A stretch of DNA of 64,000 nucleotides from Takakia lepidozioides (taxonomy: Eukaryota > Plantae > Bryophyta). Positions within the stretch are counted from its first letter, which is position 1. Each line of letters opens with the position of its first letter. The DNA lies in the NCBI GenBank assembly GCA_030704615.1, contig CM060731.1, positions 3,968,001-4,032,000 of the forward strand, in the 5' to 3' direction. Below, piece after piece: positions 48,100 to 61,361 of this stretch. A program made the translations under genes and the position numbers. Under the pieces are notes generated by a model, which had not been told where the DNA came from, ran no database searches, and was given only the letters and a program-made list of their open reading frames with translations.

Positions 48100-48830
48100 A
48101 ACAAACCTAGGTAGAAATGACGTTTTCTTTTTCGACAACTCCGATGCCTGAATTTACGGATAACACTAATATGTCGAACAGTCTTCAAAATGTTAGCATA
48201 ACCGCCCCTCCTGGAATCGAAGTCGTTGAGAAGGCGAGCTTCCTTGTCTCCACCAAGCCTGCTTGCCTTCAATTAAGAGATCAATGAAAAGCTTGTGCAG
48301 AGTCCCTGCAACCACAACCGACGCCCTCGAATTTTCGGTAGCCACGTCGTAATGACGCTGGCTCCCCGGTCCCCCGGATAAACATCCTCGAATAAAACAG
48401 AGCGACGCGCTTTCCAGATCTGCCACAAAGTGAAGGCCCGCAGGGAGGTCCAAACTCCAAACTGCACAACGATTCCAGGTCGCACCGGGGTCGCACCGGC
48501 CTGCAAATTGATCAAATGAACCAGTGTACCCTGTAGTAACTACCCGCTACTGGCCGCAGAAGCACATATGCGAAAACACAATCGAACAAACAGTGCTCCA
48601 AGGACGTATCAACATGCAGGCCCCCGCTGCACACTCTGAGGCAGCGATTGCATATAAGAACCGACAAGGAGGATATGGTGAGTAAGCCTACATTGAAAGG
48701 CAGACACCTTTGCCAGCTTGGAAGGGCGCCACACCTCTCTCCACACCGCCTTCCAATCCACCACCGCAGGGAGGGAAACACCATTTATCGGCCAATTTAT
48801 GAGACAAAGCATTAGAGGGAGAGCAGAGAG
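48100..48830 (-). mobile_element. L1-clade LINE 3' fragment (zf-RVT region)
   Basis: DWKAVWREVW..KVSAF, SLEHCLFDCVFA and LWQIWKARRSVLFE appear across frameshifts. Confidence 0.75.
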
Positions 48831-49457
48831 TAGCCTCTGGAGGAACAGGCAAAGAACGGATCAACGTTCTTAGACATGCATCTCCACTCTCCGCATCAAA
48901 ACGAAGGCAGCCATAGACAGCAGTGAGAGCTTATTAGTAGAGCGTGACAATCGGGAAGGAGGGAGATATATATAGTAGATTTGATTTTAATGGCGAACAA
49001 CACCGTTTACTAATGTTTCCGTTACGTGGAAGCCCGTTTGCTATTGGAATCTGATTGCCCACCCGGTACTTTACCGGGGGACTTCGGGTGTTTCTATTAG
49101 GTCGGCCCCTCGCGCTCTGCAGCTCGCTCATCAGTGAAGCTGCGTGTGGCAGAGTTGGCATTGTGTGCGAGTACCCTCGCAGCTCTCGCGTTCACTCTTG
49201 GGCTCTTTGTGCTTGTGATCCAAGGAGTGTTTGCTGTTGCGGACAAGAGATCAAGGAAGATCAGGCCTGGAAGCTGTCTGTGTGGAGGAATCCGGTCGCA
49301 TTAGGGTGTTTGTAAAGGGTTTTGAGGATTGTGGAGACTGTTGGGGAGCGGGAGCGACGAAATGCGGAAACATAGATAGCCGCGAGGGAGGGGCACAACA
49401 AAGATCGGCAGTGCCCCACTTCTTGTTCGATTTCGGGGAACATTGAAGGCTGTCACC

Positions 49458-52400
49458 ATGGTGCATATCTCACCCAGATCTTCCTCTAATTTGTTGTCTT
49501 TGTGAGATCCCGTTGCTGAAGCTCTATTCCTCACATTTCGTGTTGTCGATGTTGTCTTTCATCCTCATGTACTATGAGCTTCTTCTATTTCACTTACTTG
49601 CAGCATTTGATCTATGCTCCAGGTGGTGCTGGCAGCTTCCATCATCAGCAAGTCGGGAAAAGGTGAGAGAATTACCTTGATGGTCTGACGTTCCCCCTCA
49701 GATCCTCTTTTTGTGAAGGAGAGCATGTATGATTTTGTAATGTTGGCCCGTACACTCCAAGATGTGCCCTTCTACAAGAAAGTTTCCGAGTACCATTGTC
49801 CCAGGGCTATCAATACAGATCTTAGGGTTTACTGAGGTTGTGGAGATAGTGAATTGTGCTCAAGGTAGCAACTCATGGGTTCTAATTGGTCCTCAGGTTT
49901 GCTAATGTGCACCCTTGGATCCATTGTGACATTTGGTCAATTTCATCTTTCTGTTCGAACTATCTCTCTAAAGTGTTTTATCTGCATGATGCAAGTGATT
50001 GGAGTTGGATTGACTGGAGAATGAGTTAAGTTGTTGGGATTCAAAGGGTTTGGTATCATATGTAATGACTCGTGGTACCAAGGACTAAGTGAAACTGCAT
50101 CTGCCCACTGTAAGTGCTACATTATTGAAGTCTGCAAGACTGACTAGACGATTTCCAGAAGACAGTTGAACACTGTGATTCCTGGTCCTCTTTCTGGGGA
50201 AATTTTCCACCATTTCTACGGTGGATGTTGTTTGTGACTGTTACATTGACTGTTTACTGGAGTTTCTGTATCTGTTGCAGCTCTGGTCTCTCGGCAGTTT
50301 GTGGACATGTCTAGAATAGGAATTGAGGGGTCACTGGCTGCATTTCCAAAGCTTATCGGAAGTGGCAAACAGCATACGTACGTGGAGACAGAGAATGTTC
50401 GTTATGTGTACCAGCCAATGGAGGCCCTCTATCTTCTTCTTGTAACAAACAAGCAGAGCAACATTCTCGAGGATCTGGAGACATTGCGCATGTTATCAAA
50501 ACTTGTATCCTTCATGAGCACATTGTGTCCCCAATCTTCTCATTGCATTTACTGTGTATATTGCCCTCTGCTCTCCCTGTTTGTCAGCATTATATCTTTT
50601 TCTTTTTCCCCTTTTCTTCCCGGAGACTCTGTGCATGCTAAAAACATTGTATCCTCTACATGCATTTTTTGGCCCTCACACTTCTAAGGTAAAAGTAATG
50701 AAGTAACCTGTCGAAGTGGCAATGGTCTTTCAGCTCATGTTAAGCTATTCTCTTTTGGTATTGTTTCAGCCTTAACCTCCTTCAGATACCTGAGTATGTG
50801 CCGGCACTCGATGACGAAGGGATCTGCAAAATGGCTTTTGAACTCATTTTTGCATTTGATGAGGTCATCTCATTGGGACATAAGGAGAATGTAACCATTG
50901 CGCAAGTCAAACAGTATGTAGAGATGGAGAGTCATGAAGAAAGACTCCACAAGCTTATTATCGAAAGCAAAATCAATGACACAAAAGATTTGATGAAACG
51001 CAAAGCCAATGAGATTGACAAGAACAGGGTAAGTACTTCTGTGGCCACGTCAGTGACCCTTTGTCACATGTCAGCAGGCAGATTGCAAGGAATGATTTGG
51101 CTATAACAAATATCATATTTTGTTTCTGGTGTTGTGCAGTTGGAGAAGCAGAAGTCCGACAAGGGGGGTTTCTTGTCCATGCCCTCAACAGGCCCTATCA
51201 GATTTGACAATGGCTTTAATGATACAACCTCCACAGGGAGTGGAGGCTTTGGGAGCAACTCAACAAGCTTTGGGTTGGATCCTGATGCTTTCAAACCCAA
51301 AGGTTGGTTGAATTTCTAACCAGCAGATTAGAAATCTGCTTATATTGGAGTACTTAGCAGTCATTTGGTTTTTATGGTATGCTGCAACCTGGGCAGACCT
51401 TTGATCATGAAAAGTCTTTGCTCTTACATTGATTCTGGCTTGTTTTAAAACAAGACTCACTGCATATTCCACTGTACCTCATTTTCATTCCTGAAGGCCT
51501 TAAATGGTAGTCCCCCGTTGTCAGGTTTTCTTCTCCACCTCCCCTAGTTTACACCACCATGGTGAGACTTATATGCGCACTGTAGATATGCCCTCGAAGC
51601 ATGGTTGCAGAGTCCCTTGATATTGCGTAATTTATAAGCTTTTTGGCAGGGCCAGGTGGTAGTTCTCAGCAGCAGGTGGTATTATTGACTTGGACATTTA
51701 CAATCTCACCATCGTTAATCTAGAGTAAAATCCCCATTGATAGCATTTCACGTTTGGCTGCTAGAGCCAGGCATATAGTGTCACTGACTAGTTAGACACT
51801 AGCTCAATTTGCAGCTAGTAGGATATTAATAATGTTGTGATTGCAATTCTCAGGTTAGACGTACTTCCTAGGTTATGGTTGAGTTAATAGCCGGGGGGGT
51901 TGGGGGCTTCCCAAACATTTGTGTGGTACATCGCAGCTAGGAATGCAACCACTGCAACTCCTTCCAGAGGTTCTGGCATGCAACTTGGAAAATCACGAAA
52001 AACCAACCAGTTTCTCGAGTCACTGAAGGCAGAGGGGGAGGTCATCGTAGAAGACGTGACACCAATAGTTTCTGGTTCATTGAAGTCAGCTCTACCTGTG
52101 ACCACCGACCCCATCACTGTTGCTATTGAAGAGAAGCTTCTTGTTGTGTTGAAGAAGGATGGTGGTCTTGAGAATCTGGAAGTACAGGGCACTATGTTGC
52201 TTGCCATTCAAAAGGAAGAGGATGCCTATGTTCAGGTCCAGGTACAGATACTGGTGCATTCTAACTTGGACTCTTTTTAGACATCAAGTCAATGGGCAAC
52301 TCTGAGGGTTAAGTGTTTCCGCCTGTACACACAACTTGCTCTTTCATAAGAAACAGTTTTAAGATTACTATGGCTGTGGGTGTTTTTGTATTTCAAGGAT

Positions 52401-54180
52401 CCTGGACAAGGATTCACCTCATAGATCTCTAAAGATGTATTACCATGTTGGTTTAGTTGTTGCGCACCTGCTGAGTCTGTATGTAAGATACTGTAGCACT
52501 CTATGGGCCGAGTTTTGAGCTCTGAGTCTTGATTTCGTCTGCTTCTCTACAGGTTGAGTCAGGTGCCAATAGAGGCTTCAACTTCAGTACAAACCCAAAG
52601 TTTGACAGAACTCTCTACACTGACAAGAACATTCTCGCCCTCAAGGACCCCAGTAGGCCATTTCCTACGGGCAGCGGTATTCTGAAGTGGCGCATGCAAA
52701 GCAAACAAGAATCATTTGTACCTCTCAACAGTAAGTGTTATAGAGTTGAATGCAGGAGCTCTGGTCATTTGTGATGAGTTGTGAGGAAAGTCTCTAATTG
52801 TGCCACCGTGTAGTGGCGCAGTTGCGTGTCTGTTTTCAATGGGTGTAATGTTTTCAGAGGAGGCTCTCTGGTTATAGACACCAGCAAGAGCACCGCAATG
52901 GTCCCGATTGTCAAATTTAGCTCCTCGTAGTGGATGCTTCCTGTTTGGATTAGCAGTCCTCTGAAAATTATTGCTAGGCTGAGGCAATTTTCAGAAACCC
53001 TGGCAGTTTAGCTTGAAGCCTAAATACTACTGGCCAAAAAACTATACCAAGACATCAGCATATGTGGGACATGAGTTCTTAGTTATTCATTGTAGCGTTT
53101 GGGTAAAATTTTGTGGGGTTGACTCATGTGGAAAATCTGTGCTGGTGGTCATGATTCAGTCAATTGCTGGCCGTCAGTGTCGGCTGGAGAGTCATATGTC
53201 AACATAGAGTATGAGGCTTCCAGGACATTTGAGCTCCAAAATGTCGTGATCCAAATACCGTTGCCTGCTCTTCGTGATCCCCCAACCGTGAATCAAGTGG
53301 ATGGAGAATGGAGGTATTTTTTAACTTTCTTGCTTGACATCTTTTTCAACATTATGGATGATGCACCGGCTCTGATTGATCCAGATCTTGTTAAGTTTTT
53401 GACGGGCGGACCGCCTGGTTGCCCTGGTTGCAGGTACGACTCCAGGAGGTCAATCTTGGAGTGGTCCATTGTTTTAATTGACAACACCAATCGCAAGTAC
53501 GTCTTGCTATTTTCCCTTCAATGGTTTTGTCAAACTCTGATACACTGGTTGTTCTGTGCTAGCATGTTAGGGCTGAAAGACCTTGAAATGAAACCATTCA
53601 TTAGTATTGCCTCTGAATCATGTTCTTATTTTCGCTACATTTTTTTTCCAGTGGATCTATGGAGTTTGTGGTGCCCCCAGCAGATCCAGCTGCATTTTTC
53701 CCAATTGATGTGAAGTTCAGCGCAACTAAAACCTTCTGTAATTTGAAGGTACATCCTTTCCAATCACGGCTTATGATTGGTTGCAGAGCAGATTGCCAAA
53801 ATTTGGAGAAAACGACACCCCATACCAAAGGAGTGCATGTTATCTGCCAGGAAGTTGAGCCTTAAAGCAGACCAGTTATTGGATCAACTGTATATACAAC
53901 TGGTGAAGCATAGGTGAGGTGAATGATGGGAGGTTACAATTATGATTTAGAGAAATGGGTATCAGAGGGCAGTCCTAGGAGAAGAACCTCTGCCCTAGTT
54001 GGTATTGTAGGTGGCAATGGCAAACTGTCAAAGGTGTCTTTAAGGGGCCTCAGGACATGCTGATGCGGGCATTGGTGTGTGTGGCTTCAGGTTGCTAGTA
54101 TAAATCAGACGGAAGGAGGGAACCTTGTCAAATTTGCCAAACGAACACAATTGGTGGTGGAGAGCTACCAAGTTGTTTAG
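49458..54180 (+). CDS. ARCN1: Coatomer subunit delta (delta-COP / archain 1), 11 coding exons
   Basis: M|[13 protein letters not shown]|[12 protein letters not shown]…[13 protein letters not shown]…[11 protein letters not shown]; MESHEERLH; the mu-homology domain (NCWPS, LEWSI, GSMEF); C-terminal [11 protein letters not shown]. Confidence 0.96.
50505..50785 (+). other. U12-type (minor spliceosome) GT-AG intron in delta-COP
   Basis: 5' splice site GTATCCTT and branch point GCCTTAAC about 9 nt before the terminal CAG. Confidence 0.8.
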
Positions 54181-56645
54181 AGCTGTTGCTCACAAGATCC
54201 AGGGAAAGGCAGTTACATCTGAGAGATCCATACGGGAGTGGAAGGGGAGTGTGGAGCAGATGATGGTAGATGTTGGCATTTGTCTCTGTCAACATTTTGC
54301 GACTAAATTTGGGTACCTTTTTATGAAGCTTGTGGAAGGGTTTTCCCTTCGGTGTTTTCCATTAGGATAACTCCGGAGGCATGCCACACATGGGTGGGCC
54401 TGTTACTGGAATTTGGCAAAGCAATTCTACTGAAGGATGGTGTGATTCTCAGATCTGGCCATGGCTTGTGAGGGGAATTCTTGTTTGTAATGTGGGGGTT
54501 CTGGATACAGTAGACTTGGAGAAGGGGTTGAGGAAACTTATCGAATTTATAGCAACATTAGCAGTCCATTTCGTTAAAGGTATGAGAGCTTTGTAGCCTG
54601 GGATACCTTGCAATTGAGGTCTGGTGCGGATACATTTGTAAGGGCCATGAAGAATGGTCGAGAGGTCGTGTTGGTTTGGTATCAATTTTACTTATATCTG
54701 GGTTACAAACTCTGTGGCTCAGAGGGGAAGGCAATGATTGGGGAGGGGTCTGCCCATTGATATATACTGGGTCTAAGGTAGATGGTGCTAAATCAAGCAA
54801 ATAACAGCTGCTAAATTTGTGATACCATCTCTCTCTCCTGGTTCCTACACCTCTGCTCGCCAACTTCCACTCGATGCTGAGCCTAAAGCCCTGGCCCTGT
54901 TTGGCTAAGAGCACAAGTTCACTGCTGCTATTATGGATACATTCCTTGGATCCAGTGAGCCCAGGAAAAGGTTTCTGTGCAGCAGAGTATCAATCACCAT
55001 CTCAACCTGTCCTGCGGACAGATGAACACCATGGACTAGTCGCGATTCAAAATGTGCAATTGCCCAGACCATCATGGAGATGGCAATGCATGGTAGATAT
55101 TAGATACCTGTAGGTGGGATTCTCTTCTTTCATACTTGAGGAAAGTTTGTAGAGGTGGATGCATGAACAGTTTCTGATGGAAGTAATGGAAACATGTCGG
55201 TTATGGTCAGTGCAGCTTATCTTGTGAATTTGGTGTTTGTGGGTGGGTTTTGGGGTATCTGTACCATCAGGCCATTAACCAGGCGGCCCATTGCTGTAAG
55301 GGCCCAGATTATGTTAAGAGAGACCAGGTATACTAGTGACTAGAAATTAGTATCTGATGTAAGGATATATGTTAAAGTTTGCTTCATCAGTTTTAGTTGT
55401 GTTTCCTTCTAACACAGCTCTTGGATGTACTGTGGAGGTGACTTGTAGCACCCACCTAACTGGCAATGCATCTGGTTTTCCCAAATCTTATGGCAGCACG
55501 AGGTGTAGTTGTAAGGGGAGAGAGTAACTAATCAGACGAAGGTACTGAAACAAGCATCACTGGACACTTGAAGCACTGAAGATGTCACAGAAGCTGAAAC
55601 TGTAAAACCATAAAACTGGGAGTGATGAAGATGTGCCTGCCCCCATCCCAAAAACAAGTGGACGACAATCTCATCGTTTCACAAAGTTACAGGGATTCAC
55701 TGCACTCCTTATAAGCACCTCTTCTCCCAAGTACTGTACGAAAGCCATGAGAGCTGTAGTTAGAGTTAGGGAGAACAAGAGAGAGCTGTCCTCGAAACAT
55801 TTGTCGATTCAGCAGTGTTGATTGTCCACGACATATGGAGCTCACACAGGGGGGCAATCCCAGTGGGCCCAGTCTGAGAGACGAGCTTGGCTCAATGGGA
55901 AAGGAGGTGGAAAGAGACAAGGGGAAAGAGGAAGCAACGTCATAGTTCACTAGGATGGGTAGCAACGCGCTCACCGATCGCCGCCCAGCTGCTCACAAGG
56001 ATTGTTTATTTCGTAATTTCTCACATGTCTTTGTACAGGGTTCGTGAGAAGAGGAAGAATGGAGCCCACATTGGTGTAGTCTAACCTGTAGGCTGCTGTA
56101 CACTTAGAATGCATCCTCACTCTCTCTAAGCGGTGGTCATGAACGGAGGACAGGGCAGATGTTCTCCTTCTGTTCTGGGCATGTGTCGTATATTTTTAGT
56201 GGTAGTCTTTTTCGGATGTTCGAAGCTGTGCTTTTAGAAGGTACATTGCTGTTTTGAGAAGTTCGAGAGGAGACGTGCGCAGAGGGATTCACCAATTACA
56301 GATCTGAAGCCGAGTAGGAGGAAGACAACCGCCCACCCACCCAAAAATCCAGCCATCAGGAGCTGAAGTTGTGGAAACGATCTCTCCCACCGGCCTGACT
56401 AACCCAGTTGCTTTGATCGGTTCCCTGACTGCCCATACTCAACATCTGTTCGGAGTTGGAATGCTGCTCCAAGGAAGAAGAATGTGAGTGTACGTGGGGA
56501 TACAACTGTTTTATAGTTTGGCTTCGAACTCCCTGTTCTTGCTGCTGCTTCAATTCCTTCTCGTCGTGGGCCGCTTTGTCCTATGTGCGCTTGCGCAGCA
56601 GGGCAGGGCTGTGTTGGACTAAGTGGTTGCTCATGCTCTCTCGGC

Positions 56646-59600
56646 ATGAGCTCCACAGTAGGGAACGGTCACTGCCTCTTCCCCTCTGCAGCTTTCAAGG
56701 AAAAGGCTGAGATGAAGGGACAGCGAGATCGATCGTCTCTTCGTTGGCGTCTGACTATCCTATTTTGCAACCATGGATCGTACCGAATCAGGCTCTTATT
56801 GGCTATGTGCCTGGTATTTGGGGCAATTTTATTGGCTAGCCGAGCGGCTTCCATTATGGGTTGGCGCCACCACCATCAAGCTCCACGAACGTTGGAGAGG
56901 TAATTGATATCACCTCGTCAAACTGGCAGAAACATTAGCAATGTAGGTTTCTGGCACTTGGGACGAGCTCAGAGAGAGCACTTATGTCCAAGTTGGAGGA
57001 AAAGCAGGTGGAAAATCCCCCAAACCAAGCTGTTAATGATGAATATCGCCTGTCACTATCATTGCATTTTTGTCCAGCTCTGTTGGTTTCATAATCAGAG
57101 AGCAGGTCCAAGCTAATAGAGTCAGTATTAGAGATGCTCCAAGAGGGGAAGGGGGTGAATGCCAGACAGGGTTTTGTGAGTACAGGGGGTTTGGGACATT
57201 GGTTCATGGATCCTACCGGTTGATTTCTGGTATTGGCAGTGCATATGTTCAGGCTGAATTTGCATGGGGAAAGTGGTAGTTGAGATGTCTAGTGCTTGGA
57301 CTGTCAGCTGTGCAAGACCACAATCCCGGGTAATTGTGCACATGGTTCAGTTGGGTTTGAGTAGCAGTTATTTCTGTGCCGGACACGAGAGTGTTGTCCA
57401 ATGCCATCTCATGGAAACTAGCAAGAACCAAATGTTAAACAGGGAGAGAGAGAAATTTAGTCTTAAGACGTTGTTTGCTGCAGCTTTGTGGCCATAGACC
57501 CCATGCCCAGTTTGGGTGAGAGAGAGGGAGAACAGAGAGAAAGGTACCATTCACAGATTAAACTTCATCAGTCTGAGTCATGGATGTATGTTGCTTGCTC
57601 AGGCATCGATACACAGTGCTAATCAACACATGGAAACGGAACGACCTCCTCAAGCAATCAGTTGCCCACTATGCAAGGTGCTGTGGTGTGGACTCCATCC
57701 GAGTGGTTTGGAGTGAGAAGGACTTTCCATCTGAAGACCTACGTGCTTCTCTGGTCCAATCAGTGGCCACCAGCTCATGTGATAAGTCCCACAAAATAGA
57801 CTTCCGGTTTGATAGGAATGAGGAAGACAACCTAAACAATCGTTTCAAGCCAATTGAAGGCCTACTTACGGATGCAATCTTCTCCATTGATGATGATGTG
57901 CTGGTGCCTTGCACTACACTGGAATTTGCCTTCAATGTATGGCTGAGTGCCCCAGAGAGCATGGTTGGCTTCGTCCCGCGAATGCACTGGGTTGAGTCCA
58001 TGGTGCGATAAACTCCCTTCACCATTTCTACAGTTATGTGTGTATTTTTGTGCTGTTGAGAAATTTCTGTCAATTCAACAGAAGACTCCTGATTTCCGTG
58101 TTGAGCAGAGTGAGCAACAGAGCCAATTTCTTGCAATATAACAGTGGTCAGGAAACAGTATTATAGAAAGCAAACTGATGCCCTGTGGCTAGATAATGTA
58201 TGTAGACATGCACATGTATTTTCAAACTTAAGGAATCATGATGTTTTCTTTCTCCTGGAAACTCGTTACTGTCATGTGTGCTATCCCCGAAAAGGCAGGT
58301 TTTGGTTGGCACATTGCAACTCTACGTCATTTTGACTTGTAGCATTTTTTCTGTTGACGGGCTTTTAAACCTTATAGCAGGTTTGCAATTTCTACACACC
58401 AGATAGGTGTGTATGGATCAAGTTCGAATCCCCCTGCCTTTACCATCTCCACCTCTCCGAACCAGGTTCAATTCTGACAGTGGTATGGGGGGAATCAGAA
58501 TCGTCCAGTGGAGCAATACAAGTACACATATGGCGGGTGGTGGTCAGTCTGGTGGATGGGCACCTACAGCATGGTGCTCTCCAAGGCTGCCTTCATTCAC
58601 CGCAAATACTTGGAGCTCTACACATATGAGATGCCAGCATCGATCCGCAGCTATGTAACAGATGTGAGGTATATTTCAGGCTGTCTTTGCAACCCATTAA
58701 CCACATCTGGCTGGTACAGTGGGCAATCGTCTTTAAGCAGAGTGGAGCTAGGTGTCAATAAGAGCCTATGTTATTTGAAGGAAACAAAACCTGTGAAGTT
58801 CCTGGAACCAAAAACTCAGTTTGTGGACCAACCTGTCTTGTGACTTGCTATATTGCCCTTATTCTCCACCATGGTGGGGAGTACAAGGCTGTTCAAGCTA
58901 AGTCCAAGCCAATAAATTGTCTATCGAGGTGTCTGAATAAGTACGTGTGGACATATGACAGCCAACATGGAAAGAGCATCTGACTGCTATAATGGACTGC
59001 TGGATAGGTGGTACTGGTACTGGTCTGCTTAGTGGTCTGCTTACAATGCAACCCTGTTCTACCCTTCATGTACCTGTGAAATACGAAAATTTTGTTTCAA
59101 GAAAGATGGCAATTGAATTAACATCGATCAGTTGGCAGGTATTTTGATTATGGCTGAGATTGCTGTTATGCAAAGCCACAGTAGAAACCGATAACTAAGA
59201 AGCTTATTGGTGGGGCTGTATACAGAAACTGTGAGGATATTGCGATGTCCTTCCTAGTTGCAAATGCGTCAGGTGCTCCTCCTATTTGGGTTAAAGGTAA
59301 TTAGTCTTTGATCTGCCTCCTCCTTCCATTTTGTTTTGAAGGCATCTCTACAGTAACAGCTGAGACCCTAGCGGTTAGGCCTTCATGTGCTGAGTGCAGT
59401 CCTTAGAGCTACACGAGACCTGTATGTGATCTGTGGAACACAGCAGAACTCCATCAGTTTAATACTGTTGTTCTTCACCTTTGCTATCCTCTGGGTTTCC
59501 TGTTCCTGCTCTTACAATTCTGTCTTGTTTTCTGTTCAGGTGGGCTTTTTGAGATTGGGTCCATGGGCATCAGCAGTCTGAAAGGGCATAGTGAACAACG

Positions 59601-59700
59601 GTCACAATGCCTGAACCACTTTGTTACTTTATTTGGTGATATGCCCCTTGTAGGCAGCCATGTAAAGGCTGTTGATGCACAACACCAATGGTTTTGGTGA
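56646..59700 (+). CDS. EPC1: Glycosyltransferase family 64 (EPC1/GINT1-like, exostosin C-terminal domain), 5 exons; start ATG may be 56646 or 56712
   Basis: TM anchor, YTVLINTWKR, NLNNRF, IFSIDDD, MVGFVPRMHW, YGGWWSVWWMGTYSMVLSKAAF, RNCEDIAMSFLVAN and C-terminal WFW*. Confidence 0.93.
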
Positions 59701-59869
59701 CATCTGGTTATCTGTAATTGTATTACATTTTACCTCGCTGCCACAAAGGTTGCTCTAGGTGATGGCTGTCCTATGGGGGCCGGGGGGCTGAATCACCACT
59801 GCTGGCTCTGGGAGGGCTTGTACCACAAGATAATTCTCTCTCTCTCGGCCTCTCGACCTTTGGAGGCTA

Positions 59870-60560
59870 GAAGTCAATGTTAGTAAACGTGCAGTGGTGG
59901 CCTTCAATGATTATGGGGAGGGAGGAGGGGATATCAAAGTGGACATGAGGCATGAAGAGATCCCTGTGCTCGCTTCCTACACATATCTTGGTGTTGAGTT
60001 TTCTTCCATTTGTAACTGGGATGCGCATATACAAAAAGTGGTTCAAACAGCTAACCTCCAAGCTTTGGGTCTCGCTCAATTTTTCCACTGCAGAAGGATT
60101 AATACTGAAGTTAAATGGACCATGCAACATCATCAGGCCTACCTTGGGAGTATGCATCTGCTGTGTGGGACAGCAACTCCAACCAATGTGCTCTAGAACA
60201 ACTAATTTGGCTGTTTGGGGCGAGTCTGGCGTATTGCCCTTGAGCTCTCGAAGTGATGAGTTCAAGGTCAGATGTTGGGGTCAGTTCAATTGCATGCCTT
60301 TAGGTCAGAAGATTGACTCTGTTTCTTGGAAGCAAGATGTTCTGTTAAAGCTAACTTGAGGTTCAAGTGTCTGAGGCCATGTTAGAATGTCCCAACAGAA
60401 TTTTGGCGTTTCCAGATTGTCACCCTTTGGTTGATCCAGGGCCAAAAACACCTTGTGAAATAAATAATAATAAAACAGAAAAGTGATTGGCAGATGATGG
60501 CAAAAACCGGGGATGATCACCGACCCATTTACTTCGATTGGAGTGACATCCTGGTCTTGA
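59870..60560 (+). mobile_element. LINE (RTE-like) RT C-terminal fragment
   Basis: IPVLASYTYLGVEF, IRPTL and AVWGESGVLPL, with frameshifts. Confidence 0.7.
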
Positions 60561-61361
60561 ACTCAACCACATTAGAACTTTCCTGTTCCTTGTCACTCTG
60601 ATGTCCAATGTCACTCCTACTTGGTGTCACTCTTGAGAGGGGGTGGGGAAGATTTGACAGGTCAAAAACCGGCAATGTTGTGTTCTCGGAGATTGCTTGC
60701 ATTAAATTTACACACTAGTAGGAGGGTTTAAATCTTTTTCCTCCAATAAATTCAAATAAGTTTTCCCACCAAGTTTAGATTAAATAAGGATACATATATT
60801 CATCATAGACACCCATGTTGATGCAATAGTACCCTATGTCCGCCATGCTATGGCTCTTACTTTCATTTGCAAACTTTTTATCACGCTATCTCCAGTGGAT
60901 GGGCGAAGTTCATACACAAACACTCCAAGCTTCAAGGTTGAGGGGGTTGTAAAAGCGTGGATTGTGGTCACATGAGCAGGGTTAATGCTAAGTTGGAACA
61001 TCTAACACACACCCTCATCACAGAACCTCTGGCCCACTGCCTCATGTATATGCAATGGACTTCTAAAGACTTGGGATTATACGAGATGGCCAAAGTAAAT
61101 AGCAGTGTGCATCACGGTTGATGATAACAACACCCAAAATTTAGGTCAGTCCTCAGGTTGCTAGGCATAGTAAGCTGGGTGATGAGCTTTGACTCACCTT
61201 TCCTTAGGTCGTTTCTGACGCTCCATTCTCTCCGCTTCAGAAAGGATGAATAGGAGAATCTTTAGACGGGCTGTTATAGGTGGGTTTTTCATTCTATAGT
61301 GGGTGGGGTAAGGAAAAGCCAAATACTAGCCCGCGATTCTTCTTCCTTGCTTCTCACAGTG

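Noticed and set aside
58420-58435. Pol III B-box (GTTCGAATCC) in an EPC1 intron
   Set aside because: No A-box or cloverleaf accompanies it.
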